Below, one piece after another: positions 36,895 through 52,261 of a stretch of DNA of 64,000 nt. The notes under the pieces were generated by a model that did not search any database, had not been told where the DNA came from, and saw only the letters and a list, made by a program, of their open reading frames with translations. The number at the start of each line of letters is the position of its first letter. Within the stretch, counting starts at the first letter, position 1. The stretch covers positions 80,972,001-81,036,000 of the forward strand of contig NC_043004.1 of the NCBI RefSeq assembly GCF_006345805.1, read 5' to 3'. The stretch is from Octopus sinensis. Lineage: Eukaryota. A program made the position numbers and the translations under genes.

Positions 36895-37270
36895 ACGTGA
36901 TAGGCTTTGAGGTCTGTCTCCATCGTCGTCTTCTTTGCTGGTTTGGTCATGTGATTGGCCAGCTCCCAATGATGGTTCTCTTTAGCCAGATCGAGACTGG
37001 AGGTAGGCCTGATGGACGTTCAAAACTTTGTTTCCATGATCATTTCAAGCCGTCTCTCATTTCATGCTGTGTCCCTTCCAATCAATAGGCGGCCCCGTGT
37101 GTGATGCTAGAGTGGAGCACTTTGAAACTGAACGCGGGAGACTGCATGAAGAAAGAAGGAAAGGTCGTCATCAAACCCCTGCGGCTGTGGTTCAGGGTCG
37201 CTTCAAGGGCCCTGAGTACCATTATACGTTACATTGTGTTAAAGCAGTGAATACACGTAAAAGCATGTTA
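36895..37270 (+). mobile_element. RTE-clade LINE 3' fragment, degenerate
   Basis: HRRLLCWFGHV...MVLFSQIETGGRPDGRSKLCFHDHFK resembles RRLRW.GHV...LF..L..G.R..GR.KLR.KD. Confidence 0.75.
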
Positions 37271-37714
37271 GCCTGGATTCATACTGCTTAGAAAATACTA
37301 GACGGTTTAGGTCGGAATTCCAACGCCTTTGATCATAGTTCTGCTGTAGGATGACTGACATTAGGTTAGAATAAACAACAGACAAAATGAGAGGAGATGT
37401 GTACATTTGAAACTGTGCGGTCACTATAAAAATTAACTCTTGAAACATTTAATATAAACATACGGCAGACGTAGAGATGCAAATATTCCAGGACATGCTA
37501 CAAACATTGCGGTACAGAAATAAATGCAGATTGCAGACTGTCCATATGTTGGAATATGGAATCACACAGGGTTTTAGAAAACATAATGTCTGCTCACAGA
37601 GGTTTTAATCCAAGGGAAATGAAATTTCTTTCCTGGAAGAGAAAACCAGTCAAACTACGAAGACATATATGAAGGAATGGAAATTGAATCAATGCCAATA
37701 TTAGTAACTGGGTT

Positions 37715-37925
37715 ATGGGGCGAGCTGGCAGAATCGTAAGCACGCTGGGCAAATTGTATAGTGGTATTTCGCCCCACCTTTATGTTCTGAGTTCAAATCC
37801 CGCCGAGAACGACTTTGCCTTTCATCCGTTTCGGAGTCGATAAAATAAATACCAGTCAGAGAATGGGGTCAACTAAGCGACTTCTCCCTTCCCTCTGAAT
37901 CGCTGGCCTTGTGCCAAAACCTGGA
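37715..37925 (+). mobile_element. SINE family A (beta tail)
   Basis: GGCGAGCTGGCAGAATCG head through GCCTTGTGCC. Confidence 0.85.
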
Positions 37926-38296
37926 ATAAATACTATTAATTGAATCGTAAATGATGAAGTAATGGACATATAGAGACAATAATTTCTGTAAATAACGAAA
38001 GAAGGACATAGCATATGCTATTTGCTGATATGCTAGAAATAGCTGTTAAAACTCATCCAAATTACATATTTTTGTTTTGAAAAATAAGCGAAAATACGTC
38101 TGGTAATGTTGTTCGATACATAATAACTGCAGCTCGATAGAGAAATGGAGACAGATATTTTTGTGCATATATATACCTAACTATATTTATGTCCACATCT
38201 CTCTATGTATGAATGTGAGTGCGTGCTGGTGTGCGTATGTATACGTGTATGTAAATATGTATACATGCATATATATATATATATATATATAGGTAT

Positions 38297-38353
<57 letters not shown>

Positions 38354-38385
38354 CATACCTATATATATGTATGTATACATACATA

Positions 38386-38422
<37 letters not shown>

Positions 38423-38509
38423 TATATATATATATATAAATGTATAAAATGCATGAGTATACACACACATATGGATATACTCTCTCTATATATACATATA
38501 AACATGTGT

Positions 38510-40320
<1,811 letters not shown>

Positions 40321-40407
40321 TAAAGACCCGGAAAAAATTCTGCTAAAAATTTTTCCCCAGAGTGCTAACGATTCTACCAGCTCAACGGAATAATAATAAT
40401 AATAATA

Positions 40408-40858
40408 GATATGCCGATACACACAGATAGAGAAATTAAGGCCAACAGACCAGATATAGTTGTCAGAGATCATGAAGAAAAGAAATGCTTTCTAATTGAT
40501 GTATCAATACCGGCAGATGACAACGTGTCTCTAAAAGAAATGGAGAAACTTTCAAACTACAAAGACCTGGAAATGGAGGTAACCAGAATGTGGAATCTGA
40601 AAACAGAAACAATTCCTATCATAGTAGGTGCATTAGGCATGATAAAAAAATATTCAGACAAATACATAACAAAAACACCAGGACTTACAAACACATATAA
40701 CATACAGAAAATTGCACTACTAGGCACTGCACACATCCTACGCAGAACTCTTTCCATACAATAACCATCAGAGCCTCACAACAAATCACAGCACATACCT
40801 AAGGCACACAGAGCTGCGCTCGGTAGTGAAGTGAAAGCACGCTATAAAAATAAAACTA

Positions 40859-40861
<3 letters not shown>
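40408..40861 (+). mobile_element. R4/Dong-clade LINE 3' fragment (REL endonuclease), second lineage
   Basis: Open 117-aa ORF ...ANRPDIVVRD...LIDVSIP...EKLSNYKDL...IPIIVGALG...KIALLGTAHILRRTLSIQ*; (AAT)n on both sides. Confidence 0.92.
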
Positions 40862-40917
<56 letters not shown>

Positions 40918-41013
40918 CAATAATAATAATAATAATGATAATAATAATGACAATAACAACAACAACAATAACAACAACACAACAACAACAACAACAATAA
41001 TAATAATAATAGT

Positions 41014-41480
41014 AATGATAATGCAAAGATCTTATGGGACTTTGTGATTCAGTACGACCATGTGATAGAGAACAAGAAATCAGACATAGTGTTAATTGAG
41101 AAAGACAGCACACTATGCTGGATCATAGATATAGCAAGCCCAGCTAACAACAAGGTATGCAATAAGGAAGAAAGAAATGTCGAGAGATAAGACAGGTTAG
41201 TTTGGGAGGTTAAGCAGTTGTGGTCGGGAGAAAAAGGTGGTAGTAGTACCAACAACTGTCAGAGCACTGACAACAGTAAATAAAATCTTGAGAAGTCGAT
41301 GAAACAAATAGGGGCAGCAATAAGGGTGGCGGCGCACCTGCAGAAAACAGCACTGCTTGGAACCGCTCGAATACTCCGGATGGTGCTCCAAAAATAAGAG
41401 ATGTTACCTTAGTTCACTGGTAGTGAACAGCTGGCACTGTAGTACATCTCCAGTGTTAGAAGCTGTGCAAAGGCAATGAA
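41014..41480 (+). mobile_element. R4/Dong-clade LINE 3' fragment, third lineage
   Basis: NDNAKILWDFVIQYDHVIENKKSDIVLIEK...IIDIASP...LQKTALLGTARILRMVLQK*; (AAT)n on both sides. Confidence 0.85.
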
Positions 41481-41537
41481 AATAATAATAATAATAATGA
41501 AAATAAAATAATAATGATAATAATTATGATAATAATA

Positions 41538-41571
<34 letters not shown>

Positions 41572-42314
41572 CATTTATTTGCCACAAGGACGATGGATGA
41601 GGGGGACAATACCGAGACTGACATAAACTAATGAGGAGGAGGAGGAGGAGGAGGACGAGGAGGAGAACAACGAGGACTACGAGGAGAAGAAGATTTATAG
41701 ATGGCGAGAGAGAAAAAAATGCAAATAAAATTTAGCATGACTGTGTATAAATATGTTTTATGTTTTATGTTTTTAAAGCATGCGCATAAAGAATTTTAGT
41801 TTCACTTTCAAATTGGCCACCTGCAGTTTGCTAACCTGAGAGGAGGAGGACAAAGAGCCGGTAGCTATAGATAGAATAGTTCGCACGCAAAATGAGCAAG
41901 AAAAACAACGTCGACAACAGCATCAACAACAATAGGTACAGAAGCCAAATGCCATTCAGAACTGCACCATATTGTGATGTAATTGGGACATCACGAAGTG
42001 AAAAACGCGGTGAACGGGAGGAGTTGATGAGAGATTCTTGTCGAAATGAATACAGTGTAAGAAAAAAAATAGCATCCTTGGTTCCTTCAAAACAACACTT
42101 TTTTGTTGTTACTGAAATGAAATGTTATGATGTCGTCTCTATCAAATGCATTCCCTAATTTCTCCGACATCATCCACTTCACCTATATCGAAATTTCAAT
42201 TGTAATAAAAATAATAACAAATTAATGATGATGATGATGATTTCTTTTATTAACTACTAACGGCTCACAAACATATCGAGGACGGTACAGGACGATATAA
42301 TACGAGATAAAATA

Positions 42315-42388
<74 letters not shown>

Positions 42389-42395
42389 TAATAAC

Positions 42396-42955
42396 TGCCC
42401 TGATGCAGTACCAGGCAGTAACTCTCGTGGCTCCTGATCTTTACTGATTAGAAGTGTTATCATGTACATTGCTTTGTCTTGGTATTAAAGATGGGCTACA
42501 GCAAATATTCTGCTCAATACCACAGATTTGCTTGTCAGTCGTTTGACTGTAACCAGTTGAGCATGTCCGTTAGTGACTGACGATATGTGCATCTCTGATC
42601 ACGAGCAGAAGTAGCGGGGGAGCATCATAGCCATGTGTTGAGAAGGATCCTTTGGGGTTTGAATAATTCACCTCTGGAAATATGGGTGGTTCGTTCAACA
42701 TTCTTAAACAACCCTTATTCAGGGATTTTTTAAGCGGGATGGGTTGCTCGACCAGAAGAAAATTCTAACTGGGCCCCACCTGCAAGGTCATGTGCTGTTT
42801 ATCTTGATATGAGATCACCATGTTGCACACATATGGTTGTGATGCATGTGCCTAGTGTACCCTTATCAGACGGGTAGTCATGATGGGTATACTGGGCTTC
42901 GTATATTTTATCTCAGTGTCACTTTGATGGCATGCACTTTGATGGCATCTCACTC

Positions 42956-42956
<1 letters not shown>
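42396..42956. mobile_element. TG...CA-bounded element, second full copy, in (AAT)n
   Basis: Colinear with 1761-2309 and has the same ends. Confidence 0.8.
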
Positions 42957-43019
<63 letters not shown>

Positions 43020-43100
43020 TCTTTATTAACCACAGGGGTTTACGTTAAGAAAAACATTATAGACAGTAGAGAACAAAACAAAAATGTGTGTGTGTCTTTG

Positions 43101-43135
<35 letters not shown>

Positions 43136-43201
43136 ATGTGTGCGTGTGTTTCGTGTAAACGAGACTAACAAAATTTTAAAAGTCAACAATGTGTGAGCCT
43201 C

Positions 43202-43286
<85 letters not shown>

Positions 43287-43509
43287 TATTTCTACTGAAA
43301 GCACAAGGTCTGAAACTTTAGGGGTGGGGTCTACTTATTTCCTGGATCACGAAACGATGAATAGCAAAGTCTACCTCGTGATAATAGTGCACTGGTACAG
43401 TACTGGGTAGTAACTTCTGTATCTTCTGATAATGACTAATTTGAAGTGTATAAAAAATGGACATCAAATATTCTCTTTAATACTACAGATTTTCTGGCCA
43501 GTTGCTTGG

Positions 43510-44070
43510 CCTTCGGTAGTTGAGCATGTCTTTTAGTGAACCAGATATTGCTTTGAAAAACCAAAAGAATAAAGTCTGTTTATTGATTGACATGAGCGTA
43601 CCTTGCGACCATAATATCACGGCAAAAGAATTTGCAAAGCTCAGAAAATATAAAGAATTGCTAATCGAAATCGAAAATATGTGGTGTCTCAAAACGGTTA
43701 CAATACCAGTGATTGAAGGAGCACTTGGAATTATCAAGAAAGGAACGGAAAATTATTCAAGAATGATCCCCGGCTTACCATCCATACAGGAAGTGCAAAA
43801 GATTGTATTAACTGGCACGTGACACGTATTGAGAAGAGCATCGTCGCTGTAAATTTTTCCTCCCTTTATTTTCTTTGTTTACTTTTTATTTTTATGATTT
43901 CCTTTTTCTGTCTGTCTTCCTCCTTTTCCCTATCACACGACTTTGTAATTGAACAATCTGGTGTGTTTGTTTTAACGGCCTGCCAAAATATATGATACTT
44001 TTCTCTGCCCTAGGTGTCAAGAGGACCCTCGGCAAGAATTGGAAGCAGAATTGAAAGAAGATGCTAATGA
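43510..44070 (+). mobile_element. R4/Dong-clade LINE 3' fragment, fourth lineage
   Basis: PDIALKNQKNKVCLLIDMSVPCDHN...KYKELLIEI...IPVIEGALG...VQKIVLTGT; 3' UTR then an (AAT)n tail. Confidence 0.88.
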
Positions 44071-44094
44071 AAATAATAATAATAATAATATGTT

Positions 44095-44250
44095 TCTTTA
44101 TACCCACAAGGGGCTAAACACAGAGAGGACAAACAAGGACAGACAAACGGATTAAGTCGATTACATCGACCCCAGTGCGTAACTGGTGCTTAATTTATCG
44201 ACCCCGAAAGGATGAAAGGCAAGTCGAACCTCGGGACGGCAAGTCGACGA
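44095..44250 (-). mobile_element. SINE family A, 5'-truncated alpha monomer
   Basis: Body and alpha tail only. Confidence 0.8.
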
Positions 44251-44432
44251 TTATGATGATAATATAATGACAATAATAATGAAAAGTAATGATAATAATA
44301 ATAATAATGATGATGATGATGATAATGATAATGACAATAATAATGATAATAATAATGATAATAATAATAATAATAATAATGATGATGATGATGATAATGA
44401 TGATGATGATGATGATGATAATAATAATAATG

Positions 44433-44499
<67 letters not shown>

Positions 44500-44509
44500 A
44501 ATAATAATA

Positions 44510-44564
<55 letters not shown>

Positions 44565-45992
44565 CGAACACCATCAACTCAACTGTTACACAATCAGTCC
44601 TGATCCATTGCATCCGCCATATTGAACTAACATTACTACCACTAACACATCCACAACCACCACCACTACCATCACCATCACGACCTGCACCATCACCACC
44701 ACCACCATCATTATCACAATCACCTCAACTACGACCACATCCACAAACACCACCACCACTACCACCACCATCATCACCACCACCACCACCACCACCACCA
44801 CCATTATCACAATCACCTCAACTACGACCACATCCACAACCACCACCATCACCATTACTACCACCATTACCACTACCACCACAACCATCACCACCACCAT
44901 CACAATCAGCACCATCACCACCACCACCACCACCATTATCACAATCACCTCAACTATGACCACATCCACCACCACCACCATCACCACTACTACCACCATT
45001 ACCACTACCCACACCAACAACATCACCACCACCATCACAATCAGCACCATCCACACACCACCCACCATTATCACAATCACTCACTACGACCACATCCACC
45101 ACCACCACCATCACCACTACTACCACCATTACCACTACCACTACCACCACCACCACCATCACCACTACTACCACCATTACCACTACCACTACCACCACCA
45201 CCACCACCACCACTACCAGCGCCACCATTACCACTGCCACCACTGCCGCCACCATCACCACCACCACCACTCTTCACACGGTGACCAGCTCTCTCCTTAC
45301 AGATCCACCTGTGCTGCACGTGTGTTTCATTTGAAACAAAGAAATCACAGTTTCTGTTGTGTTTTTTTTATTTTATTTTCTTCTGTTTTTTTATTATTAT
45401 TCTTTCTTTTTTTTTTGGTTAGAGGGAAACGGAAAAAGACGCAGGATGTCATGTTGACTGTGTGTGTGCGACGGACAAACAGCAACGGTAACAACAACAA
45501 CAGTAACAACATTAGCAGCAGCAGTAGTAGTAGTAGTAGTGGTACCCAAAAAAAGCAACACCAACAACAACAACAACAATGGCAGCTCAGCAGTTGCACG
45601 AGCAGCAACAGTTACAGCTGTGTAGCAGCCCCCCCCCCACCTCCAGCGGTGCTGCACCATCCCTTCCTCGTCCCCTCTGTGTAGTCATCACTAGCTTTGA
45701 TATCAGCAACCGCAGCAGCAGCGGCAGCAGCAGCAGCAGCAGGGGCAGGGGCAGTGGTAGCAGCAGCAGCAGCAGCTGGGGCAGGGGCAGTGGTAGCAGC
45801 AAGGGGGGGGGATAACGGAGTCAGTGTCGTCAGCGTCATCGTCGCCGTCGTGGCTTTCATCATCGTTATTATTATTATCTTTGTCGTTGTCATCGTCATC
45901 ATCATCATCATCATCATCAGCATTATAATCATCATCTTTATCCTTGTCGCCATTATCATCGTTATTATCATCATCATCATCATCATCATCAA

Positions 45993-46061
<69 letters not shown>

Positions 46062-46230
46062 TAACCTTGTCGTCCTCATCATCGTTATCATCGTCACCAT
46101 TATCATCAAGTAGTCGACGTCGTCGTCAGCATTATCATTATCATCACCAACATTATCATCATCATCATCATCATCTTCATCATCATCATCATCATCATCA
46201 TCATCTTCATCCTCACACTACCATCATCAT
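44250..46230. repeat. Trinucleotide low-complexity block (AAT/GAT, CAC/CAT, CAG) with a unique island at ~45290-45830
   Basis: Direct inspection. Confidence 0.9.
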
Positions 46231-46234
46231 CGTG

Positions 46235-46898
46235 AACTTTTTTAAAACGGTCATAACGAGTGATGAATTGGGGGTCGATGGCTATGATTACCAAAACAAA
46301 AGCTCAGTCTTCGCAGTGGAAGACCTCCTCCCCCTTCCCAGCCTCTCCCAGACCGAAGAATGTGAAGACACTGTTGACCGCATTCTTCGGATGATAGGGG
46401 ACTGTTCATCGTGGATATATTCCACCTCATTGGACAGTAAACAAGGAGTGCAACCGCGACGTTTGCGGCATGCTATTCGCCGGAAAAGGACACGATTGCA
46501 TGCGTCCGGTGAGTGGTAATGTCACCATGACAACGCACCTGCCCATTCAGCGCAGCTTGCGCGACAGCTTTTGGTTATGTACAGCATTCCCCGGGTCTGA
46601 CGGCCACCGTATTCCCCAGATCTCGCTCCTTGCGACTTTTTCCTCTTTCCAAAACTCAAATCCCGCTCGAAAGAAATAAGATTTCAGAACGTCAAAGAAA
46701 TCAAAGTGGATGTAATGAGGGAGTTGCGGATTATCTCAGAAAACGAGTTCCAAGAATGCTTCCATCAATGGAAACAGTGCTGGATACAGTGTGTGGCTTC
46801 CGGAGAGGACTACTTTTAAGGATATTAAATGCCAAATTCGTACGTGTTGTAGTTTTGTCTTTATAGCAGCAGTCCGGGTACATATTAGTCAGACCTCG
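46235..46898 (+). pseudogene. mariner (DD34D) transposase relic with 3' TIR
   Basis: VITSDE...HHDNAPAH...PPYSPDLAPCDFFLFPKLK...GEDYF; 34 residues between the second and third D; ends TCAGACCTCG|TA. Confidence 0.9.
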
Positions 46899-47487
46899 TA
46901 TACGTCACTAAAGTGATTGAAGGCACTAGTCAGGACCAGTATTGCTAGAAATAAGAGTTAAGACAAATCATAGCCAAAAGAAGCACCTTATCTTAATGAC
47001 TAACAAGGGAGGCCACTCCCTCAACGGCAAGGCGTAGCCAGATCACAGTGATTGCGCGTTTGTATTAATGGTCTCACCAAGCGCCGCGGGTTACACTCAT
47101 CTCCCCTTGTCTGTTTATAAGATTATCGTAGACATCATACGATAAGTTTCTAAACGGTAAAACTGAAAATTATAAATAATATAGGTGGCTTGTTTCTGGA
47201 GATTCTACAAGAGTAGATGCAAGCGCTAATATATTATATATAAAAACGTGTGATATATTAATAAAGATCTGTAAATGTACAACCATCCAGATTTCTGAGT
47301 ACCTTATTTTTTCTAATTTACAATACCTGTACATCACCTCCAAACCTTCTAATATATATATATACACACACACACATACATACACATATATGTGTACCTA
47401 TATAATATATATATATATAATATATAATATATATATATTATATATATAATATATATATATATAATATATAATATAATATAAATATAT

Positions 47488-50400
47488 TATATAAAAGGGC
47501 TTAGTAAAATAAATTACTTTGCCGCATACTGAACTCATTAGAAAAGCAGCTAAAAAACTTTTTTAAGGCTATTTCTAATACTTAAAGAAATCTCTCTCAT
47601 ATATAGTGTTTGCATAATTTAACTCACAAAAGTTTGGGGGTAATGACATCGAAAAATCAAATGCTAAGGTTATTCGAGAACGTACGTTTCAAGATTAGTC
47701 AAAACAACATTTCTATCATCGGCTCGGAAATTCCTTGGTTTGGATTTGGAAACACTGAAAATAAGACATACCCTCTCGAAGATCTGCTCCCAACTAACAG
47801 TGTCAACAAATTCAAAATAAGCAAGCGAAGAATCTCTGTTCTCCCCTTTCCACCAGCGTGGGTTAAAATCATCAAACTCTATGCTTATTTCGGTAAAGTC
47901 CGAAGCATTAATCAGAGGGAGATTAATTATAATTTCAACATTGAGGGCAAAATTAATTAATTATTAATCAATTTCACCAAGTGTTCAGTATGCAAAGGGA
48001 CCATTCAAGGCGAATTCAAATTATTACATTATATAAAAGGGCTTAGTAAAATAAATTACTTTGCCGCATACTGAACTCATTAGAAATAGCAGCTAAAAAA
48101 CTTTTTTAAAGCTATTTCTAATACTTAAAGAAAATCTCTCTCTCATATATAGTGTTTGCATAATTTAACTCACAAAAGTTTGGGGGTAATGACATCGAAA
48201 AATCAAATGCTAAGGTTATTCGAGAACGTACGTTTCAAGATTAGTCAAAACAACATTTCTATCATCGGCTCGGAAATTCCTTGGTTTGGATTTGGAAACA
48301 CTGAAAATAAGAACATACCCTCTCGAAGATCTGCTCCCAACTAACAGTGTCAACAAATTCAAAATAAGCAAGCGAAGAATCTCTGTTCTCCCCTTTCCAC
48401 CAGCGTGGGTTAAAATCATCAAACTCTATGCTTATTTCGGTAAAGTCCGAAGCATTAATCAGAGGGAGATTAATTATAATTTCAACAATTGAGGGCAAAA
48501 TTAATTAATTATTAATCAATTTCACCAAGTGTTCAGTATGCAAAGGGACCATTCAAGGCGAATTCAAATTATTACATTATATAAAAGGGCTTAGTAAAAT
48601 AAATTACTTTGCCGCATACTGAACTTTTGTGAGTTAAATTATGCAAACACTATATATGAGAGAGATTTTCTTTAAGTATTAGAAATAGCCTTAAAAAAGT
48701 TTTTTAGCTGCTATTTCTAATGAGTTCAGTATGCGGCAAAGTAATTTATTTTACTAAGCCCTTTTATATAATGTAATTTTTGAATTCGCCTTGAATGGTC
48801 CCTTTGCATACTGAACACTTGGTGAAATTGATTAATAATTAATTAATTTTGCCCTCAATTGTTGAAATTAATAATTCTCTCTCTGATTAATGCTTCGGAC
48901 TTTACCGAAATAAGCATAGAGTTTGATGATTTTAACCCACGCTGGTGGAAGGGGAGAACAGAGATTCTTCGCTTGCTTATTTTGAATTTGTTGACACTGT
49001 TAGTTGGGAGCAGATCTTCGAGAGGGTATGTTCTTATTTTCAGTGTTTCCAAATCCAAACCAAGGAATTTCCGAGCCGATGATAGAAATGTTGTTTTGAC
49101 TAATCTTGAAACGTACGTTCTCGAATAACCTTAGCATTTGATTTTTCGATGTCATTACCCCCAAACTTTTGTGAGTTAAATTATGCAAACACTATATATG
49201 AGAGAGATTTTCTTTAAGTATTAGAAATAGCCTTAAAAAAGTTTTTTAGCTGCTATTTCTAATGAGTTCAGTATGCGGCAAAGTAATTTATTTTACTAAG
49301 CCCTTTTATATAATGTAATAATTTGAATTCGCCTTGAATGGTCCCTTTGCATACTGAACACTTGGTGAAATTGATTAATAATTAATTAATTTTGCCCTCA
49401 ATTGTTGAAATTATAATTAATCTCCCTCTGATTAATGCTTCGGACTTTACCGAAATAAGCATAGAGTTTGATGATTTTAACCCACGCTGGTGGAAGGGGA
49501 GAACAGAGATTCTTCGCTTGCTTATTTTGAATTTGTTGACACTGTTAGTTGGGAGCAGATCTTCGAGAGGGTATGTTCTTATTTTCAGTGTTTCCAATCC
49601 AAACCAAGGAATTTCCGAGCCGATGATAGAAATGTTGTTTTGACTAATCTTGAAACGTACGTTCTCGAATAACCTTAGCATTTGATTTTTCGATGTCATT
49701 ACCCCCAAACTTTTGTGAGTTAAATTATGCAAACACTATATATGAGAGAGATTTTCTTTAAGTATTAGAAATAGCCTTAAAAAAGTTTTTTAGCTGCTAT
49801 TTCTAATGAGTTCAGTATGCGGCAAAGTAATTTATTTTACTAAGCCCTTTTATATAATGTAATAATTTGAATTCGCCTTGAATGGTCCCTTTGCATACTG
49901 AACACTTGTGAAATTGATTAATAATTAATTAATTTTGCCCTCAATTGTTGAAATTATAATTAATCTCTCCTCTGATTAATGCTTCGGACTTTACCGAAAT
50001 AAGCATAGAGTTTGATGATTTTAACCCACGCTGGTGGAAAGGGGAGAACAGAGATTCTTCGCTTGCTTATTTTGAATTTGTTGACACTGTTAGTTGGGAG
50101 CAGATCTTCGAGAGGGTATGTTCTTATTTTCAGTGTTTCCAAATCCAAACCAAGGAATTTCCGAGCCGATGATAGAAATGTTGTTTTGACTAATCTTGAA
50201 ACGTACGTTCTCGAATAACCTTAGCATTTGATTTTTCGATGTCATTACCCCCAAACTTTTGTGAGTTAAATTATGCAAACACTATATATGAGAGAGATTT
50301 TCTTTAAGTATTAGAAATAGCCTTAAAAAAGTTTTTTAGCTGCTATTTCTAATGAGTTCAGTATGCGGCAAAGTAATTTATTTTACTAAGCCCTTTTATA

Positions 50401-52133
50401 TAATGTAATATTTGAATTCGCCTTGAATGGTCCCTTTGCATACTGAACACTTGGTGAAATTGATTAAATTATTAATTTTGCCCTCAATTGTTGAAATTAT
50501 AATTAATCTCCCTCTGATTAATGCTTCGGACTTTACCGAAATAAGCATAGAGTTTGATGATTTTAACCCACGCTGGTGGAAAGGGGAGAACAGAGATTCT
50601 TCGCTTGCTTATTTTGAATTTGTTGACACTGTTAGTTGGGAGCAGATCTTCGAGAGGGTATGTTCTTATTTTCAGTGTTTCCAAATCCAAACCAAGGAAT
50701 TTCCGAGCCGATGATAGAAATGTTGTTTTGACTAATCTTGAAACGTACGTTCTCGAATAACCTTAGCATTTGATTTTTCGATGTCATTACCCCCAAACTT
50801 TTGTGAGTTAAATTATGCAAACACTATATATGAGAGAGATTTTCTTTAAGTATTAGAAATAGCCTTAAAAAAGTTTTTTAGCTGCTATTTCTAATGAGTT
50901 CAGTATGCGGCAAAGTAATTTATTTTACTAAGCCCTTTTATATAATGTAATAATTTGAATTCGCCTTGAATGGTCCCTTTGCATACTGAACACTTGGTGA
51001 AATTGATTAATAATTAATTAATTTTGCCCTCAATTGTTGAAATTATAATTAATCTCCCTCTGATTAATGCTTCGGACTTTACCGAAATAAGCATAGAGTT
51101 TGATGATTTTAACCCACGCTGGTGGAAAGGGGAGAACAGAGATTCTTCGCTTGCTTATTTTGAATTTGTTGACACTGTTAGTTGGGAGCAGATCTTCGAG
51201 AGGGTATGTTCTTATTTTCAGTGTTTCCAAATCCAAACCAAGGAATTTCCGAGCCGATGATAGAAATGTTGTTTTGACTAATCTTGAAACGTACGTTCTC
51301 GAATAACCTTAGCATTTGATTTTTCGATGTCATTACCCCCAAACTTTTGTGAGTTAAATTATGCAAACACTATATATGAGAGAGATTTTCTTTAAGTATT
51401 AGAAATAGCCTTAAAAAAGTTTTTTAGCTGCTATTTCTAATGAGTTCAGTATGCGGCAAAGTAATTTATTTTACTAAGCCCTTTTATATAATGTAATAAT
51501 TTGAATTCGCCTTGAATGGTCCCTTTGCATACTGAACACTTGGTGAAATTGATTAATAATTAATTAATTTTGCCCTCAATTGTTGAAATTATAATTAATC
51601 TCCCTCTGATTAATGCTTCGGACTTACCGAAATAAGCATAGAGTTTGATGATTTTAACCCACGCTGGTGGAAAGGGGAGAACAGAGATTCTTCGCTGCTT
51701 ATTTTGAATTTGTTGACACTGTTAGTTGGGAGCAGATCTTCGAGAGGGTATGTTCTTATTTTCAGTGTTTCCAAATCCAAACAAACCAGGAATTTCCGAG
51801 CCGATGATAGAAATGTTGTTTTGACTAATCTTGAAACGTACGTTCTCGAATAACCTTAGCATTTGATTTTTCGATGTCATTACCCCCCAACTTTTGTGAG
51901 TTAAATTATGCAAACACTATATATGAGAGAGATTTTCTTTAAGTATTAGAAATAGCCTTAAAAAAGTTTTTTAGCTGCTATTTCTAATGAGTTCAGTATG
52001 CGGCAAAGTAATTTATTTTACTAAGCCTTTTATATAATGTAATAATTGAATTCGCCTTGAATGGTCCCTTTGCATACTGAACACTTGGTGAAATTGATAA
52101 TAATTAATTAATTTTGCCCTCAATTGTTGAAAT
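47488..52133. repeat. Tandem array of a ~546-bp unit (~8.5 copies) with an internal inversion at ~48625
   Basis: About 2.1 forward copies (47488-48625) are followed by about 6.4 reverse copies (48622-52133). Marker spacings are 542-548 bp, copies differ mostly by 1-bp indels, and (TA)n flanks both ends. Confidence 0.97.
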
Positions 52134-52261
52134 ATATATAAATATATATATATATAGATACACATATATGTATATATACATATAGACATATATATATATT
52201 ATGTGTATATATATATGTATATAAAATAAATATATATATATTTTCATATATACATACATAT

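Noticed and set aside
47610-51913. Repeated 60-116 aa ORFs (MHNLTHK..., MDLETLK..., MPSIVEII...)
   Set aside because: They are frames of the tandem unit that change with 1-bp indels between copies, and no domain is recognisable.
47488-52133. CRISPR-like or gene-array interpretation of the tandem repeats (also 11521-11995)
   Set aside because: There are no unique spacers, the context is eukaryotic and there are no cas genes.
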